NCBI GenBank assembly: GCA_002269645.1
Contig: NIVC01000013.1
Span: 186,001 to 250,000 of the forward strand
From: Macrostomum lignano
Lineage: Eukaryota
Length of the DNA stretch: 64,000 bases
Direction of reading: 5' to 3'
The translations under genes and the position numbers were made by a program. Below the pieces are notes generated by a model. It saw only the letters and a program-made list of their open reading frames with translations, searched no databases and was not told where the DNA came from. The first letter of the stretch is position 1, and every line of letters starts with the position of its first letter. This document shows, piece after piece, positions 51,243 to 63,368 of this stretch.

Positions 51243-51707
51243 CTGCAATTATTATTATTAAGCTTGATTTTATTCCATTTTTACTATAAGTAGTGCAGTT
51301 GATACAATACAAAAATTGTTTATTCAAAATTTTCTATTTTACACTCCACAGTTCTCAGAGTTTCTTAGAAATCGATTTTTTTATTTAATGTCGCTAGCCG
51401 TACGGGCCAATTGTAATGCGTAAGCGCTGCAAATGCACTGCATATTTCTATTTTTAGATTGCATTGTCTACTTGGGGTGGAGTAGTTGAAGAATATCAAT
51501 CATAAAAAACTGACGCGTTGTTTGTGTGTATGTATATGTATGCAATGTAACTCCTCCTAGGCTACTTGCAACTCAGCGTTGAAATCAATCATAAAAATTA
51601 CCTAAACAGCCAAATTTTCATGCATGTACTTCAAAACTATAAATCTTCCATTTGACACTACTAGCCAAAATGCAATTGATGTTTCTTTTTATCGATTTGA
51701 GGATTTC

Positions 51708-52044
51708 AGATCCCAGCTCCTGAGGATCCCAGATCCTGAGAATCCCAGCTCCTGATGACCCCAGCTCCTGAGGATCCCAGACCCTGAGGATCATAGCTCC
51801 TGAGGATCATAGCTCCTTAGGATCCCAGCTCCTGATGACCCCAGCTCCTGAGGATCATAGCTCCTGGGGATCATAGCTCCTGAGGATCCCAGATCCTAAG
51901 AATCCCAGCTCCTGATGACCCCAGCTCCTGAGGATCATAGCTCCTGAGGATCCCAGCTCCTAATGATCCCAGCTCCTGAGGATCATAGCTCTTGAGGATC
52001 CCAGATCCTAAGAATCCCAGCTCCTGATGACCCCAGCTCCTGAG
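51708..52044. repeat. 16-bp tandem repeat (GATCCCAGCTCCTGAG variants)
   Basis: Period of 16; abuts the LTR start. Confidence 0.9.
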
Positions 52045-52269
52045 TGTAGGCACCTGCTGCCCAGTGCTTGCATAATAAGTGTTTTTAGTCCTGGTGTGCA
52101 TTTTCGATGTACATCCAATATTCTTGGCTTTCTGTTTTTAATGTACGCAGTCTCAACTGCAGGGTCGCTGCTAAATATATAAATCGATCGCACAGAGCGT
52201 ACAATGGATTGAGGCTTTATCGGCTGCACACAACACATAACTTTCTCTCTCTCGGCTTCGCTCTCTACA
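52045..52269 (+). mobile_element. 5' LTR (225 bp) of a Ty3/Gypsy element
   Basis: TGTAG...CTACA termini, followed by the PBS-like TGGCGTCGC at 52271 and the gag ATG at 52308. Confidence 0.8.
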
Positions 52270-52307
52270 GTGGCGTCGCAAGCCACCTACCGCGCGGTAA
52301 ACAAATC

Positions 52308-55300
52308 ATGGCAGCCAACTTTCTCTCACTGCCCCCACCTGAGCCATTTTCAGTATCAGCAGACCCACACAACGCGGGCAAGCGCTGGAGTCAATGGGCG
52401 GACCGCTTTGAAGACTTCATCGATGCATCAGGCATCACCAACGAGAAGCAAAAGTGCAAACTACTCAGCTACACAGCAGGCAAGGAAATCGCCGACATTA
52501 TCCGCGAGGAGGCCAAGCCTGCAGCGGCCACAGAGGACGGCCAAGTCACCCTCAAGCAGACGCTGGACGCTTTGAAGACATTCTTCAACGGAAGAAAGAA
52601 CATAGTATTCGCTAGATATCAGTTCCGCCTATGCACCCAGGCCACCGGAGAGTCCATCGAGTCCTGGTACGCCAGACTGCGCACTGCGGCAGAGCCGTGC
52701 GACTTCGAGCAGCTGAAGGACTCGCTCATCAGAGACCAGCTCGTGCAACCTGCAGCTCTGACAAGCTGCGCAGGCGGCTGCTTCAGGAGGCGAACATCAG
52801 CTTGGAAGAGGCATTGCGAAAGGCGAGGGCATTCGAGGCTGCAGAGGAACAAGCCACGGAGATGGAGAAGACAGACTCGCACGTGGCCAGCGTTGCCAAG
52901 GGCGACAAGGTGAGAACGAACAGGCGTGGCCCGGCTCAGACGACCAGCAGGCCCGGCGACCAGCAGCAGCGCACCTGCTACCGCTGCGGCGAGAAAGGCC
53001 ACGCTACCTGCGACGCTGCCAAGGGCAAGATCTGCCACAACTGCGGTAAGCCCAACCACCTCGCTCTTGCCTGCCGTCAGCCTCGGCAGTCAAACAGCTG
53101 CCGGATTCCACAGCAGCAAATCAGCACCAATGCTGTATTCACAGCTGCCGACGGCTCCGTCAACGAGGATGTGTTTGCGCTGTACAACCGCGACAAATAC
53201 CCATCCGACGTCTCACTGACTGTGCAGGTGGCAAACCGGCAGCTTCCCATGATGATTGACAGCGGAGCCAGCTGCAGTATCATGAGTCTCGGCACCTTCA
53301 GAGCGCTCAGCCTGCCAAGCCCACGCCCAACAAGAGCCGAAGTTCGCGCCTACGGGGTACCGACACCTCTCAGGATTGTGGGTACCGCCGATCTTGACAT
53401 CCAAGTGGGATCTGCCAGAACAACCGCGACCTTCCGCATCATGGACGGCGACGGCCTGACGATACTGGGGCGTCAGCCCGCATTCAAGCTAGGAGTGCTG
53501 AAGATCCAGCGACCTGAAGCTACCAAGCCGCAAAACATAAACGCCATCGCCGACACCACACCCTCCGAGCAGTGTAGCGACCCCCAGCTCAAGGCCATCC
53601 TGCAGAGGCACAAAGAAGTCTTCAACGGCATCGGCTGCATCAAGGGTGTAGAGGTCCAGATCCAGCTGTCCGATGACGCTGTTCCAGTCTGCCAGGCGCC
53701 CTCACGTGTGGCGGCGCACCTGAAAGAGGCCGTAGTTGACGAGCTCAAGGCTTTGGAGGAGCAGGGCATCATTGAGGCAGTCAAAGGTCCTAGCGCCTGG
53801 GTGTCACGCATGGTGGTGGTGCCCAAGGACGACGGTGGCGTTCGAATCTGCCAGGACCTCCGTGATCTCAACGCTTTCGTCATCCCAGAGAAGCAGCAAA
53901 TCCCCACGCTGGATGAAATCACCGAGGAAATGGCAGACGCCAAGCTGTTCAGCGAACTTGATATCCGGAAGGCTTTTTATCAGATCCCAGTCCACGAGAG
54001 CAGCCGTCACCTCTTCACCTTCAGCACGCCCCTCGGACTGATGCGGCTCAAGAGGCTCAGCATGGGGTTCACAAATGCCTCGGAAATCCTTCAACGAGTC
54101 ATGCTTGACATCCTCAGCGGCATCGACGGCGTCCGGTGGGCGCACGACGACGTGGTGGTATACGCCTCCGACCTGAAGCAGCACCATGAGAGGCTGGACG
54201 CCTGCCTTCAGCGCCTCCGAGAGTTCGGGATCACCCTCAATCAGGACAAGTGCAGGTTCGCCCGGACGACTGTCGAGTTTCTTGGGATGCGCCTGACCGC
54301 CCGGGGCATGCAACCGGCCACCGAGAAAATTGACGCCATGCAGAACTTTCGAGAGCCCTCCAACGTGGCCGACGTCCGCTCTTTCCTGGGAACCGCTAAC
54401 TTCCTGGCAAAGTTCATCCCGAACTTCGCTGACCTCGCGGCCCCACTCCGGCAGCTAACGAAGAAGGGCCAGGCCTGGGAGTGGACAGAAAAACACACAG
54501 CGGCGTTTAACGGCATCAAAAAGGCATTCTCAGACGTGGACACGCTGGCCTTTTTCGACCGCAGGCTGCACACGGAGCTCCTGGTGGACGCATCGCCGAT
54601 CGGCCTCGGCGCCATCCTCACGCAGCGGCAGCCAGACGGCAACAGCAGACCCGTCGCCTACGCCAGCAGAGCCCTCTCGCCGGTGGAGCAGCGGTACGCG
54701 CAGATCGAGCGGGAGGCGTTGGCCATCAAATTTGGGTGTCTCAAGTTTGAGCACTATCTGGCTGGCGACCCAGACTTCACCGTGGTGACGGACCACCGAC
54801 CGCTCGTGCCGCTTCTCAAGCCTGGCTCCCGTCCGCCACCGCGGATCGAGCGAATGGCACTGCGCATTCAGCATCTCCGCTTCAACCTGCTCTACCGGCC
54901 AGGCTCGACCAACCCGGCTGACCTGCTGAGTCGGCAGCCACTGCCAGAGCGGCGTCGGAATGTAGGTGAAGAGCTCGACGCCGCCTTCATCAACGCCGTG
55001 TCGACCGGGGCCGTGCCAAAGGGCTTCAGTCTCGACCAGGTTCGGGAAGCATCGCGCACCGACAGAGACGTCCAGGCGGCGCTGAACGCGATTCGAACCG
55101 GCCGCTGGGACATGCGAGCGGCAGCCCAGCGCTCCTTCAAGTCCATCAGCGGCGAACTGTCGGAAAGCGACGGAGTATTACTCCGCGGTGACCTCATCGT
55201 CATCCCCGAGTCGCTGCGCAGGCCGATCCTTCAACTGGCGCACACCGGTCATCTGGGCGCCGATCGCACCCTTAAACGCCTGCAGACGAAGGTGTGGTGG

Positions 55301-55519
55301 CCTCGGATGCGCAGCGACTGCGAGCTCTTCGTCCAGTGCTGCACACTGTGCCAGGCTGCGGCCACCGGATTGCGACAGACACCATTGAGGCCGACAGATA
55401 TTCCGGACGGTGCCTGGCTGCTACTAGGTATGGATTTCTACGGCCCAGTGCAGAGCCAGATGCTCCTGGTCACCACCGACTTGTATTCAAAATACCCAGA
55501 AGTTAATTTTCTCAACTCG
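52308..55519 (+). CDS. Gypsy gag-pol 5' part: gag with CCHC knuckles, protease, RT, RNase H, integrase N-terminus; one frameshift at ~52748
   Basis: CYRCGEKGH and CHNCGKPNHLALAC; MIDSGAS; LDIRKAFYQI...AHDDVVV; LLVDASPIGLGAIL...ADLLSR; AHTGHLG...CTLC; YGPV...TDLYSKYPEV. Confidence 0.95.
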
Positions 55520-55959
55520 CCCAGTGTAAAAGGTTGAGTCCGGCGGACCCTGATCGGACTCGGATTGGTCCCCCATGAGCTGATTTCCAAAAAAAAATTT
55601 TTTTGTCAATTAAGACTTTAAACCGACTGTTAATGTCTTTTTCGGTGTTTTTCGAGGATATTTTGTTCTATTTTCAGCGTAATTTTGGGGGGTCCGATTT
55701 CAGTCCTTTCTGTCCTGACTCATTTTGTGAGTCCGTAACAAGTCCTTTGACATCTGATTTAATTCAAACTAAAAACGGCGAATAAAAATTAAAGCATTCT
55801 TGATGTGCTACTGTCAGTAGACCGTTGAGGTAACACCAGTTCCAGTAGGAAAAATTATTTTAACCAGCCCAGACTACTCTTATTAGAGTATAAGAGTAGA
55901 GAGATTGAGTATGAGTTCCAGCAGAGGATATTCTGACAGTTCACGCAGCATCGATATCT

Positions 55960-56300
55960 CAGTCTCACCTTCATGTCTATCTCACAGTCTCACCCTCATC
56001 TATCTCACAGTCTCACCCTCATCTATCTCACAGTCTCACCCTCATCTATCTCACAGTCTCACCATCATCTATCTCACAGTCTCACCCTCATCTATCTCAC
56101 AGTCTCACCCTCATCTATCTCACAGTCTCACCCTCATCTATCTCACAGTCTCACCCTCATCTATCTCACAGTCTCATCATCATCTATCTCACAGTCTCAC
56201 CCTCATCTATCTCACAGTCTCACCCTCATCTATCTCACAGTCTCACCCTCATCTATCTCACAGTCTCACCCTCATCTATCTCACAGCCTCACCCTCATCT
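55960..56300. repeat. 23-bp minisatellite (CTCACAGTCTCACCCTCATCTAT), ~14 copies
   Basis: Period of 23; overlaps the transposase 3' end. Confidence 0.95.
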
Positions 56301-58173
56301 AGGGTGCGAGTTACTCGTAGTCGCTTTTTTAGGTGCGACAAATAGTTCTCAAAGGGGAAGGCGCAGAAATTGCTCAAGCTACCAAAGGAACGAACAAATT
56401 CCGGAAGGTGCAGCAGCACGTGAGTGTTGTGACTCATGACACTGTTTCCGTACAGCTTATGGGCGTCGCTGACAAACATGGTTAGGGCAGCTGCGGCGTA
56501 GCGAAAAATCTCGGGATGAGATAATAACTCTGGCGTCATGAACACATATATTGCAAAGTGTAGAAGCAGGAAATTTTTGTACAGGAGGACGGGAAGAAAT
56601 CGCCGAAAGATAACCGGGCCGAAATACAGAACAAAGTTTTTCAACTCTGACGCCTTAAAATGAGACAAGTCCCGATCAATCCGACGAGGTCGTCGTTGGA
56701 ATTCGGATGGTGTGAACGGAGCGACCTTTTGTACTTCGTCTGATAGTGCTGCTATGTCGCTGGGCCGAAGTTTGCAGTGGCGGCCGTCATCCGTAGCAAA
56801 CAGAAAGTGGAACAGCTTCCGCACTGTTCCTAGGCAGACCAGATGCATATAGTCCGGTGGAATGCACTGCGGAAACTCCAATCCCGGCAGTTGCATCAGG
56901 GGACTGGGCCCAGCGCGCTGGTTTGACTCACTGAAATGTAGAGGATTATGTGGAGATAGACGGAAGAAATGTGGAGATTATGGGCGATTCTCGCAGGGAG
57001 ATTACTTTTTTATTAACTAGCAAGTAATCTTCCTACCTTCCTGTGCGATAATCTTCAGCCGTGCGCGACTCTCCCGCTGTTGTCGGGTACACAACTCGTC
57101 TGTCGACGGTCTTTCCTATACTTCTACAATAGAAACAGCCGGCATGAGAATTGTGCCCCAGTGTCTTGCAGATGAATGAGCGAGCTGGCGCATCGCAGAT
57201 GAAGTCTAGTTTTCGGATCTTGATGTTCACTCCTTCAATCATCTTGAAGTCCGACATCAGTTCCGCAGCCTCCTTGCAAAATTCGGCTATGTAGTCTTCT
57301 AGAGGCGGCTTTCCTGAGATTCAAATAGGATAAAAATTTAAATTTCGAATTTTATTTACATAATTTTAATAAGTGTGAAAATATAATGAGTGTGGGATTT
57401 GGTAGGCGTGGGATTTAAATCGGATGTGGGATTTAAAGTGGGAAATATCGCTTAGTTTTTTCGTCACTCACCTATTCCAGCAAACAGCCCGATCGGGACG
57501 GGTCTGTCGAATCCAGAGATTAGCGCCAAGATGGGCCAGGCACTATAGTTCGATGCCCTGTAAACTGGCATCCCGTCAATGCCAATTTTGATGTCGACTT
57601 CGAACCCTTTAGAACCGTTCGGAAGAGTAGATGCTTGGCCCAATCTCAGTAGATTTTTGCTCAGGAGGTAGCCGATATTCGAGGCAATACCTAAGTATGC
57701 AAAGTCGCCTGTCCCCATTGGGTATTTAAGGACTTTCTTTTTCCCATCCTTCGTTGTTAATAAGTAAAGAGATTTGGAAACAGGCAATCCACGACTGTGA
57801 AGTGCATTTAAGAGGAACTGCATGGCCCTGTGAGACAGGTTGTGCAGCAAGAAAAGGACGAGCAGCTCGTCGTCTAGAGTGTCCATGCTGGGCTTCGCTG
57901 CCTCGTCTTCACTATCTTCATCATCAGAAGCTACTCTGGCTTCGTCATCTTCGTATTCGCTCGAAGAACCAAAGCATTCATGCACTGTGCGAGGAATCCT
58001 GAGTCGAATTCGAAATCGCGATCTGCAGGGTCGGTTTCAGCGCAAGCTGGGAAAATATTTGCATCGGCATGTAGATTTTCAATGGGTAGTGCAGACTTCC
58101 GGCTTTCAGATAGGAAGTTTTGAAACTGTCTGCTTGGATTCGTGTCGTCCTCGGTTTTTTTTTCCTTCGGCAT
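56276..58173 (-). CDS. EnSpm/CMC transposase; exons 58173-57472 (one internal frameshift), 57313-57037, 56930-~56290
   Basis: IGIDGMP...WPIL, ICDAPARSFI..GHNSHAGCFYC, PPDYMHLVCLG, FKASELKNFVLY, HNTHVLLHL, CAFPFENYL; in-phase GT-AG introns. Confidence 0.9.
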
Positions 58174-58442
58174 ATTTGTTTTGCAAATACAACTCAATTT
58201 TTTTTCATTTCGAATGATTTTTAATATTTTTCATTTTTTGAAGCTTGATTTAGGATCGAGGCCCGAGTGGGAAGGGGGAGGAAAGAATGGGGAGGAGGTC
58301 GAGTAATGGGTGAGGGTTGGTCAATACAGCTATAGCTGCGCTGATTGGATGAGGAATTTGATTTTCCTGCATCCCTTTCCCGCAACTATAGCTATATTCT
58401 CATGCCAACCTGCATAGAAGACAGTCAATCCAGTCTTTTTTC

Positions 58443-61087
58443 CGCTTCCGGACATTTGCCCTCCGGCACTTCCCCTCCGGCACTTGCCCTCCGGCACTTC
58501 CCCTCGGCGGCGTTTGCCCTCCGGACATTTGCCCTCCGGGACATTTCCCCTCCGGACATTTGCCCTCCGGGACATTTCCCCTCCGGACATTTGCCCTCCG
58601 GACATTTCCCCTCGGGGACATTTGCCCTCGGGGACATTTGCCCTCCGGACATTTGCCCTCCGGACATTTGCCCTCCGGACATTTCCCCTCCGCACATTTG
58701 CCCTCTGCAAATTTACCCCCTCGCACATTACTCACCTCACCTCCTCCTGTACCCACCCGTCGTTCCTCCAGCACCAACCTCATCCTCCCGCCTCTTGCAT
58801 CCATCAGGTTCTTCTCCAGCCAACAACTCATCCTTTTCTAGTAAGCAATATATACCCGCGCCCTACCCTATCCCCAGCCTTACCTGTACTGTCAACAGTC
58901 TATGGCCGAAAGTCTGACCATTTTACTATATAAGTGATTGATCTTGGCTCTTAAAGAATACAAGATTCCTCCGAAAGAAATCATGGCTTTTTACATTAAG
59001 AGCTCTAAAGGCAAAGATGTTTTGGTTGAAAATGGCCGCAGGTTTTACACCGACAAGCGAGTTACAGGCGAAGGCGAGTGGCGCTGGGTCTGCGAGTTGT
59101 ACAGAGGCGGCCGCTGCCGGGCCGCTGTGTATACGCTCTCTTTCCCGGACACGACGCAGCCAGCTGTCATTCGCCGGCGCCTAGGTGAACACACGCATGA
59201 AGGCGACGATGGTAAGATCGAGCGCCTGCAAGTTTACGACCGAATTAGGACACGTGCCGGTGAGACAGTGGAGACGACTGTGCAAGTGCTGCAGGAGGCA
59301 GCGGGTGGCATGTCCGAAGCTGCAGAGGCACTTTTCTCTGTTGAAAATGCCAAGCGGACTATCCGTCGCCAGCGCGAAGGCGAGCATCTGGTACAGCCAG
59401 CCAGCCGAGGCGAGATCGTCTTCCCAGAGCGCTTCACGGTGATGGAGCTGAATGGCCGGGCAGAAGATGTGCTCAAGTGGGACAGCATTCTAGAAGAGCC
59501 AGGCAATGAGCGCATCTTGATTTTTGCGACTGATCGCTCCATCCGTCTGCTGGGCCGAAGTGAGGAGTGGCAGGGTGATGGAACCTTTGACGCGGCGCCG
59601 GCGCTCTTCGCCCAGCTTTACAGCCTGCACGGCGACGTAAACGGGTCGCTTGAGCCGCTGGTGCTGGCGCTGCTGCCCGACAAGACGCAAGTCACGATGG
59701 AGCGGTTGTACCGCAAGGTGGGCAAGCTGGCGCAGTCAGAGGGTCCACAAAGGCTACTCACAGACTTTGAAATGGCAGCGATGAATGCAGCTCATGAGGT
59801 GTACCCCAATGTAGAGACTAGTGGGTGCTATTTTCACTTCAGCCAGGCCGTTTTCCGGCACATTCAGCAAGACCAGCGGGCGCTACAGCAGTACCAGGCC
59901 AGCCAAGACAACAGGGTGCTGGCTAAGATGCTCACAGCACTGGCTTATGTGCCCCTGCCCGACATCATTGCTGCATTTGAGCTGCTGGCACAATGGCTAG
60001 CCGACAATCACGACTGGCTTAGCGATTTAATTGATACCTACTTCGAGTCGACTTACATCGAAGCCCGGCCTCGCCGTCGTAATCAGCAGCGTCGCCCGCC
60101 ACGCTTTGGCCACGAGAAGTGGAATATGTATGAGCGCGTTATGGCCGTTCGTCCCCGCACCAATAACAAGGTCGAAGGCTTCCACCAGGGCATGTCGTCC
60201 TCGCTAGCCGCATCCAATCCAACCATCTGGCGCCACACCGATTGGATAAAAAAGCAGCTGGGCCTGACCAACACCTCAATTAATGGCCTGCTAGCCGGTG
60301 CTGCACCTACGCCCCAGCGCCAGGTATGGAAGGCGCGCGACCAGCGGCTGCAGCGATTGGCGGCGACGTACCAGCACGCCTGGCTGGAGGTGCCTGTCGA
60401 GCATGCGGACCATCCACTGCTGTGCTACCTAAGAGGCTTCGCTCACGCATATTGCACATAACTTGCATTTTTTTCAATCGTGATTTACTTTTATTTTTGC
60501 TGACCCGCTGACCTGTTATCACTTTCTCCCACCTCACTCACTCGCTGAACCTGCGCAATAATTATCAAGATAATACTTACTAGACGCGCTTGATAACAAA
60601 AACAATAATACTGTTCAAAAAAACTTAACCGTTTCCTAAAAACTCAAAATTTTGTTTTAAAACTTTGCTGTTAAAAAGTTGATGAAAACCGTTATATTAA
60701 TAAATAAAACAATAATACCGTTAAGAAAAACTTAAAAGTGTCTCAAAAGCTTAAGACTTTAGACTTTTCTCTCGTAATTCTTGTACATTTGTGTACATGT
60801 ACTTACTTGTTTGGACACACACTGAAGGGAAATTTTTTTGTTTCATGATTGTGGAGAAATTTCATTTCCAGAGGGGAAATGTCTTGAGGGCAAACGTCCG
60901 GAGGGCAAATGTCCGGAGGGCAAATGTCCCGAGGGCAAATGTCCCCGAGGGCAAATGTCCGGAGGGCAAATGTCCGGAGGGCAAATGTCCCCGAGGGCAA
61001 ATGTCCTCGAGGGCAAATGTCCGGAGGGGAAATGCCGGAGGGCAAATGTCCGGAGGGCAAATGCCGGAGGGCAAATGTCCGGTAGCC
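58443..61087 (+). mobile_element. MULE (Mutator-like) transposon nested in the EnSpm element
   Basis: Long TIRs built of ~15-bp GGACATTTGCCCTCC repeats (58444-58720 and 60870-61087); 8-9 bp TSD CTTTTTTC(C) at 58435 and 61088. Confidence 0.92.
58983..60461 (+). CDS. FLYWCH-MULE transposase, uninterrupted ORF
   Basis: WRWVCELYRGGRC...HTH (FLYWCH-like), WQGDGTFD, LTDFEMA, GCYFHFSQ, RTNNKVEGFH. Confidence 0.93.
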   Translation: MAFYIKSSKGKDVLVENGRRFYTDKRVTGEGEWRWVCELYRGGRCRAAVYTLSFPDTTQPAVIRRRLGEHTHEGDDGKIERLQVYDRIRTRAGETVETTVQVLQEAAGGMSEAAEALFSVENAKRTIRRQREGEHLVQPASRGEIVFPERFTVMELNGRAEDVLKWDSILEEPGNERILIFATDRSIRLLGRSEEWQGDGTFDAAPALFAQLYSLHGDVNGSLEPLVLALLPDKTQVTMERLYRKVGKLAQSEGPQRLLTDFEMAAMNAAHEVYPNVETSGCYFHFSQAVFRHIQQDQRALQQYQASQDNRVLAKMLTALAYVPLPDIIAAFELLAQWLADNHDWLSDLIDTYFESTYIEARPRRRNQQRRPPRFGHEKWNMYERVMAVRPRTNNKVEGFHQGMSSSLAASNPTIWRHTDWIKKQLGLTNTSINGLLAGAAPTPQRQVWKARDQRLQRLAATYQHAWLEVPVEHADHPLLCYLRGFAHAYCT

Positions 61088-61130
61088 CTTTTTTCCAGTT
61101 CCGATTCCCATCTAGATTTGACAGACAGCA

Positions 61131-63368
61131 ATGGAATCTGTCCGATTCATTGTTTATTTTGAGACCGACAAGCAGGTCATTGAGCTCATGTTCAGTGAGG
61201 TAGCTCTTGGTGAGTACCAAGAGTATACTGTGGAAGACTGGGAGAAGTTAGGCGCAGAAAATCGCTTTTATAAGAATCCAATTAGAGTAAGGGCCGACTT
61301 CGGCAATGAATGGTTTGACGCGTGCATAGTTCAAATTGTACTTGATGAGAACACGGAAACAGACCCGACTATAAAATTTATTCGGGATTTGATCAGCATT
61401 AAAAGAAAGAGTCTCGAAGGGATTCTGTGCGCCATTCCCAGGGTGAATGTCGGCCGGCGGAACCGATTCACGAACATGAGGGTAAGTGAAAATATTTTTA
61501 GTCAATTTCAAATTTAATTATCAATTTTCTCTAACCGTCATTCACTCGCACTTCTCAGCTTCTTTCACCCACTCTCATACCAAAGGACATTAGAACATCC
61601 GACGAAGAGAATGAGGCGCAGAGCGAAAACCGGATGAGGGAAAGCCAGGAAGGGGACGTTGCAGCTCTTGCTGCTCAACCAGAGCTGCCTGCCTTCAATC
61701 ACGCCCTTCTGCCTTCTCAACGGCACCCGCTGAACACACGTACGCCACCGTCGATGTCGGTGCCAGCCACGCCGCCGACAACAGTTCGGCGGGACAGCGT
61801 CGCGGCGACGTCTATGTCGGTGCCAGCCACGCCACCAACAACAGTTCGGCGGGACAGCGTCGCGGCGACGTCGATGTCGGTGCCAGCCACGCCACCGACA
61901 ACAGTTCGGCAGGACAGCGTCGCGGCGACGTCGATGTCGGTGCCAGCCACGCCGCCGACAACAGTTCGGCGGGACAGCGTAGCGGCGACGTCGATGTCGG
62001 TGCCAGCTACGCCGCCGACAACAGTTCGGCGGTATGTCGCCGATGACCCAGATTCTGACGCTGGGATCGACCAACTAAATCCAGCAGCGATGCACAACAT
62101 CAGGCAGTATCTCGCAGCAGAAGGAACAACGGCCGAATCGCTGAACGGAGTCGCCATACTAGCCATGCTGAGCGCACGCCGAAGCTGCGACGCTGTTAGA
62201 AGAATTAAGCAGCTGGAGCAAAAAGTGCTGCCGATTCTGGAGGGCATCGCTTCTTCCCTCGCGGACGCACGTCTCGGCTCCGGAACATCAGGACCAGCCC
62301 GCGGCAGTCGCCAATACTTTGAGCCCATCGACTCCTGGGAGAAGTATATTGACTTTCTCTCATCAACGCAGCTTCAGTCCAGCCTTGTAAGTATATCCGA
62401 AACACTGATAGGAAGAGAATCACAATCACTTAAAAAGAAGACAGCTCATTTTTTAGTTTGTTATCTTTGTGGATAAAGATAACCGAATGTGTAGTGTGGA
62501 AATGAAATAAGTGATTATGTATTTCTACTTAAAGTAGAGCGTGACACTTTTTGAGGATTTGTTTTTGAAAATTGAAAATTGAAAGTTTTCACAATTCACC
62601 GGATACTTTTTATGTCACAACTCAGATCGCAGGCCTGCGTGGTTGCCGGTGCAGCACCCTGCCGGATACGATCCGTCGAATGATGGACAAGTGTTTGTCG
62701 CCGAGGATGCTGTGTCTGGTCAATTGGAGCGGCAAAGGCTGTATTTCGCGCTGCCAAGAGGAATTTCCAGAGTGCGGCATCATCGACTATGAGCAGCTGG
62801 GATTCAAGAGAGTCAGAAAGTTGTTTATTGGTGAGTGCTTGTTGGAATTTATAGCTATTCGTTTGCTTCCAGTTCACCACTACTCACTATTCTATTGCAC
62901 TCCAGTTCACCACACCCAGAATCACTCGGGGTCGGGGATCACACTTTTTGATTTACAGTAAATCGGGCATATTATGTTAAAGTTTCATTTCTCTTTTTTA
63001 TTTCCGGTTGTTGCTACTGATAGTAGACATCTACAAGCGTGATCATTACAACATGAACTTGATAATTATTTTTTTCAGATGCCGTTCAGGACCTCTTTCC
63101 AAGGGACCCTAAAACGGGGGAACCTGTGCATAGCGACAAGAGCATTGAGAATGCTATCAAAGACGTCCTGAAGCACGCATTGGAAAGAGAGGTTGCGAGG
63201 CAGAAGCGACTTCAAGCAAAAGCTGCACGGGCCACCGATAATGCTGAAGCTGCCGCTGCTACAGCGACCAGAGGATTGAAGCGGGCTGCCACAGCCGATG
63301 ATTTATCAGCCAAAAAGCAGTGCAAAAGGGGCAGCCGGCCTACAGTCGTTGACTCAGATTCTGATTAA
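61131..63368 (+). CDS. EnSpm accessory protein with a DUF4806-like C-terminus; exons 61131-61481, 61559-62386, 62626-62830, 63079-63368
   Basis: In-phase GT-AG introns; five 20-aa repeats (60 bp); TIRRMM...VNWSGKG...IENAIKDVLKHA pattern; divergent from the transposase. Confidence 0.7.

Noticed and set aside
52619-55506. Antisense and alternate-frame ORFs over Gypsy pol (likewise over the MULE and hAT)
   Set aside because: Typical shadows of GC-rich coding sequence, with no motifs
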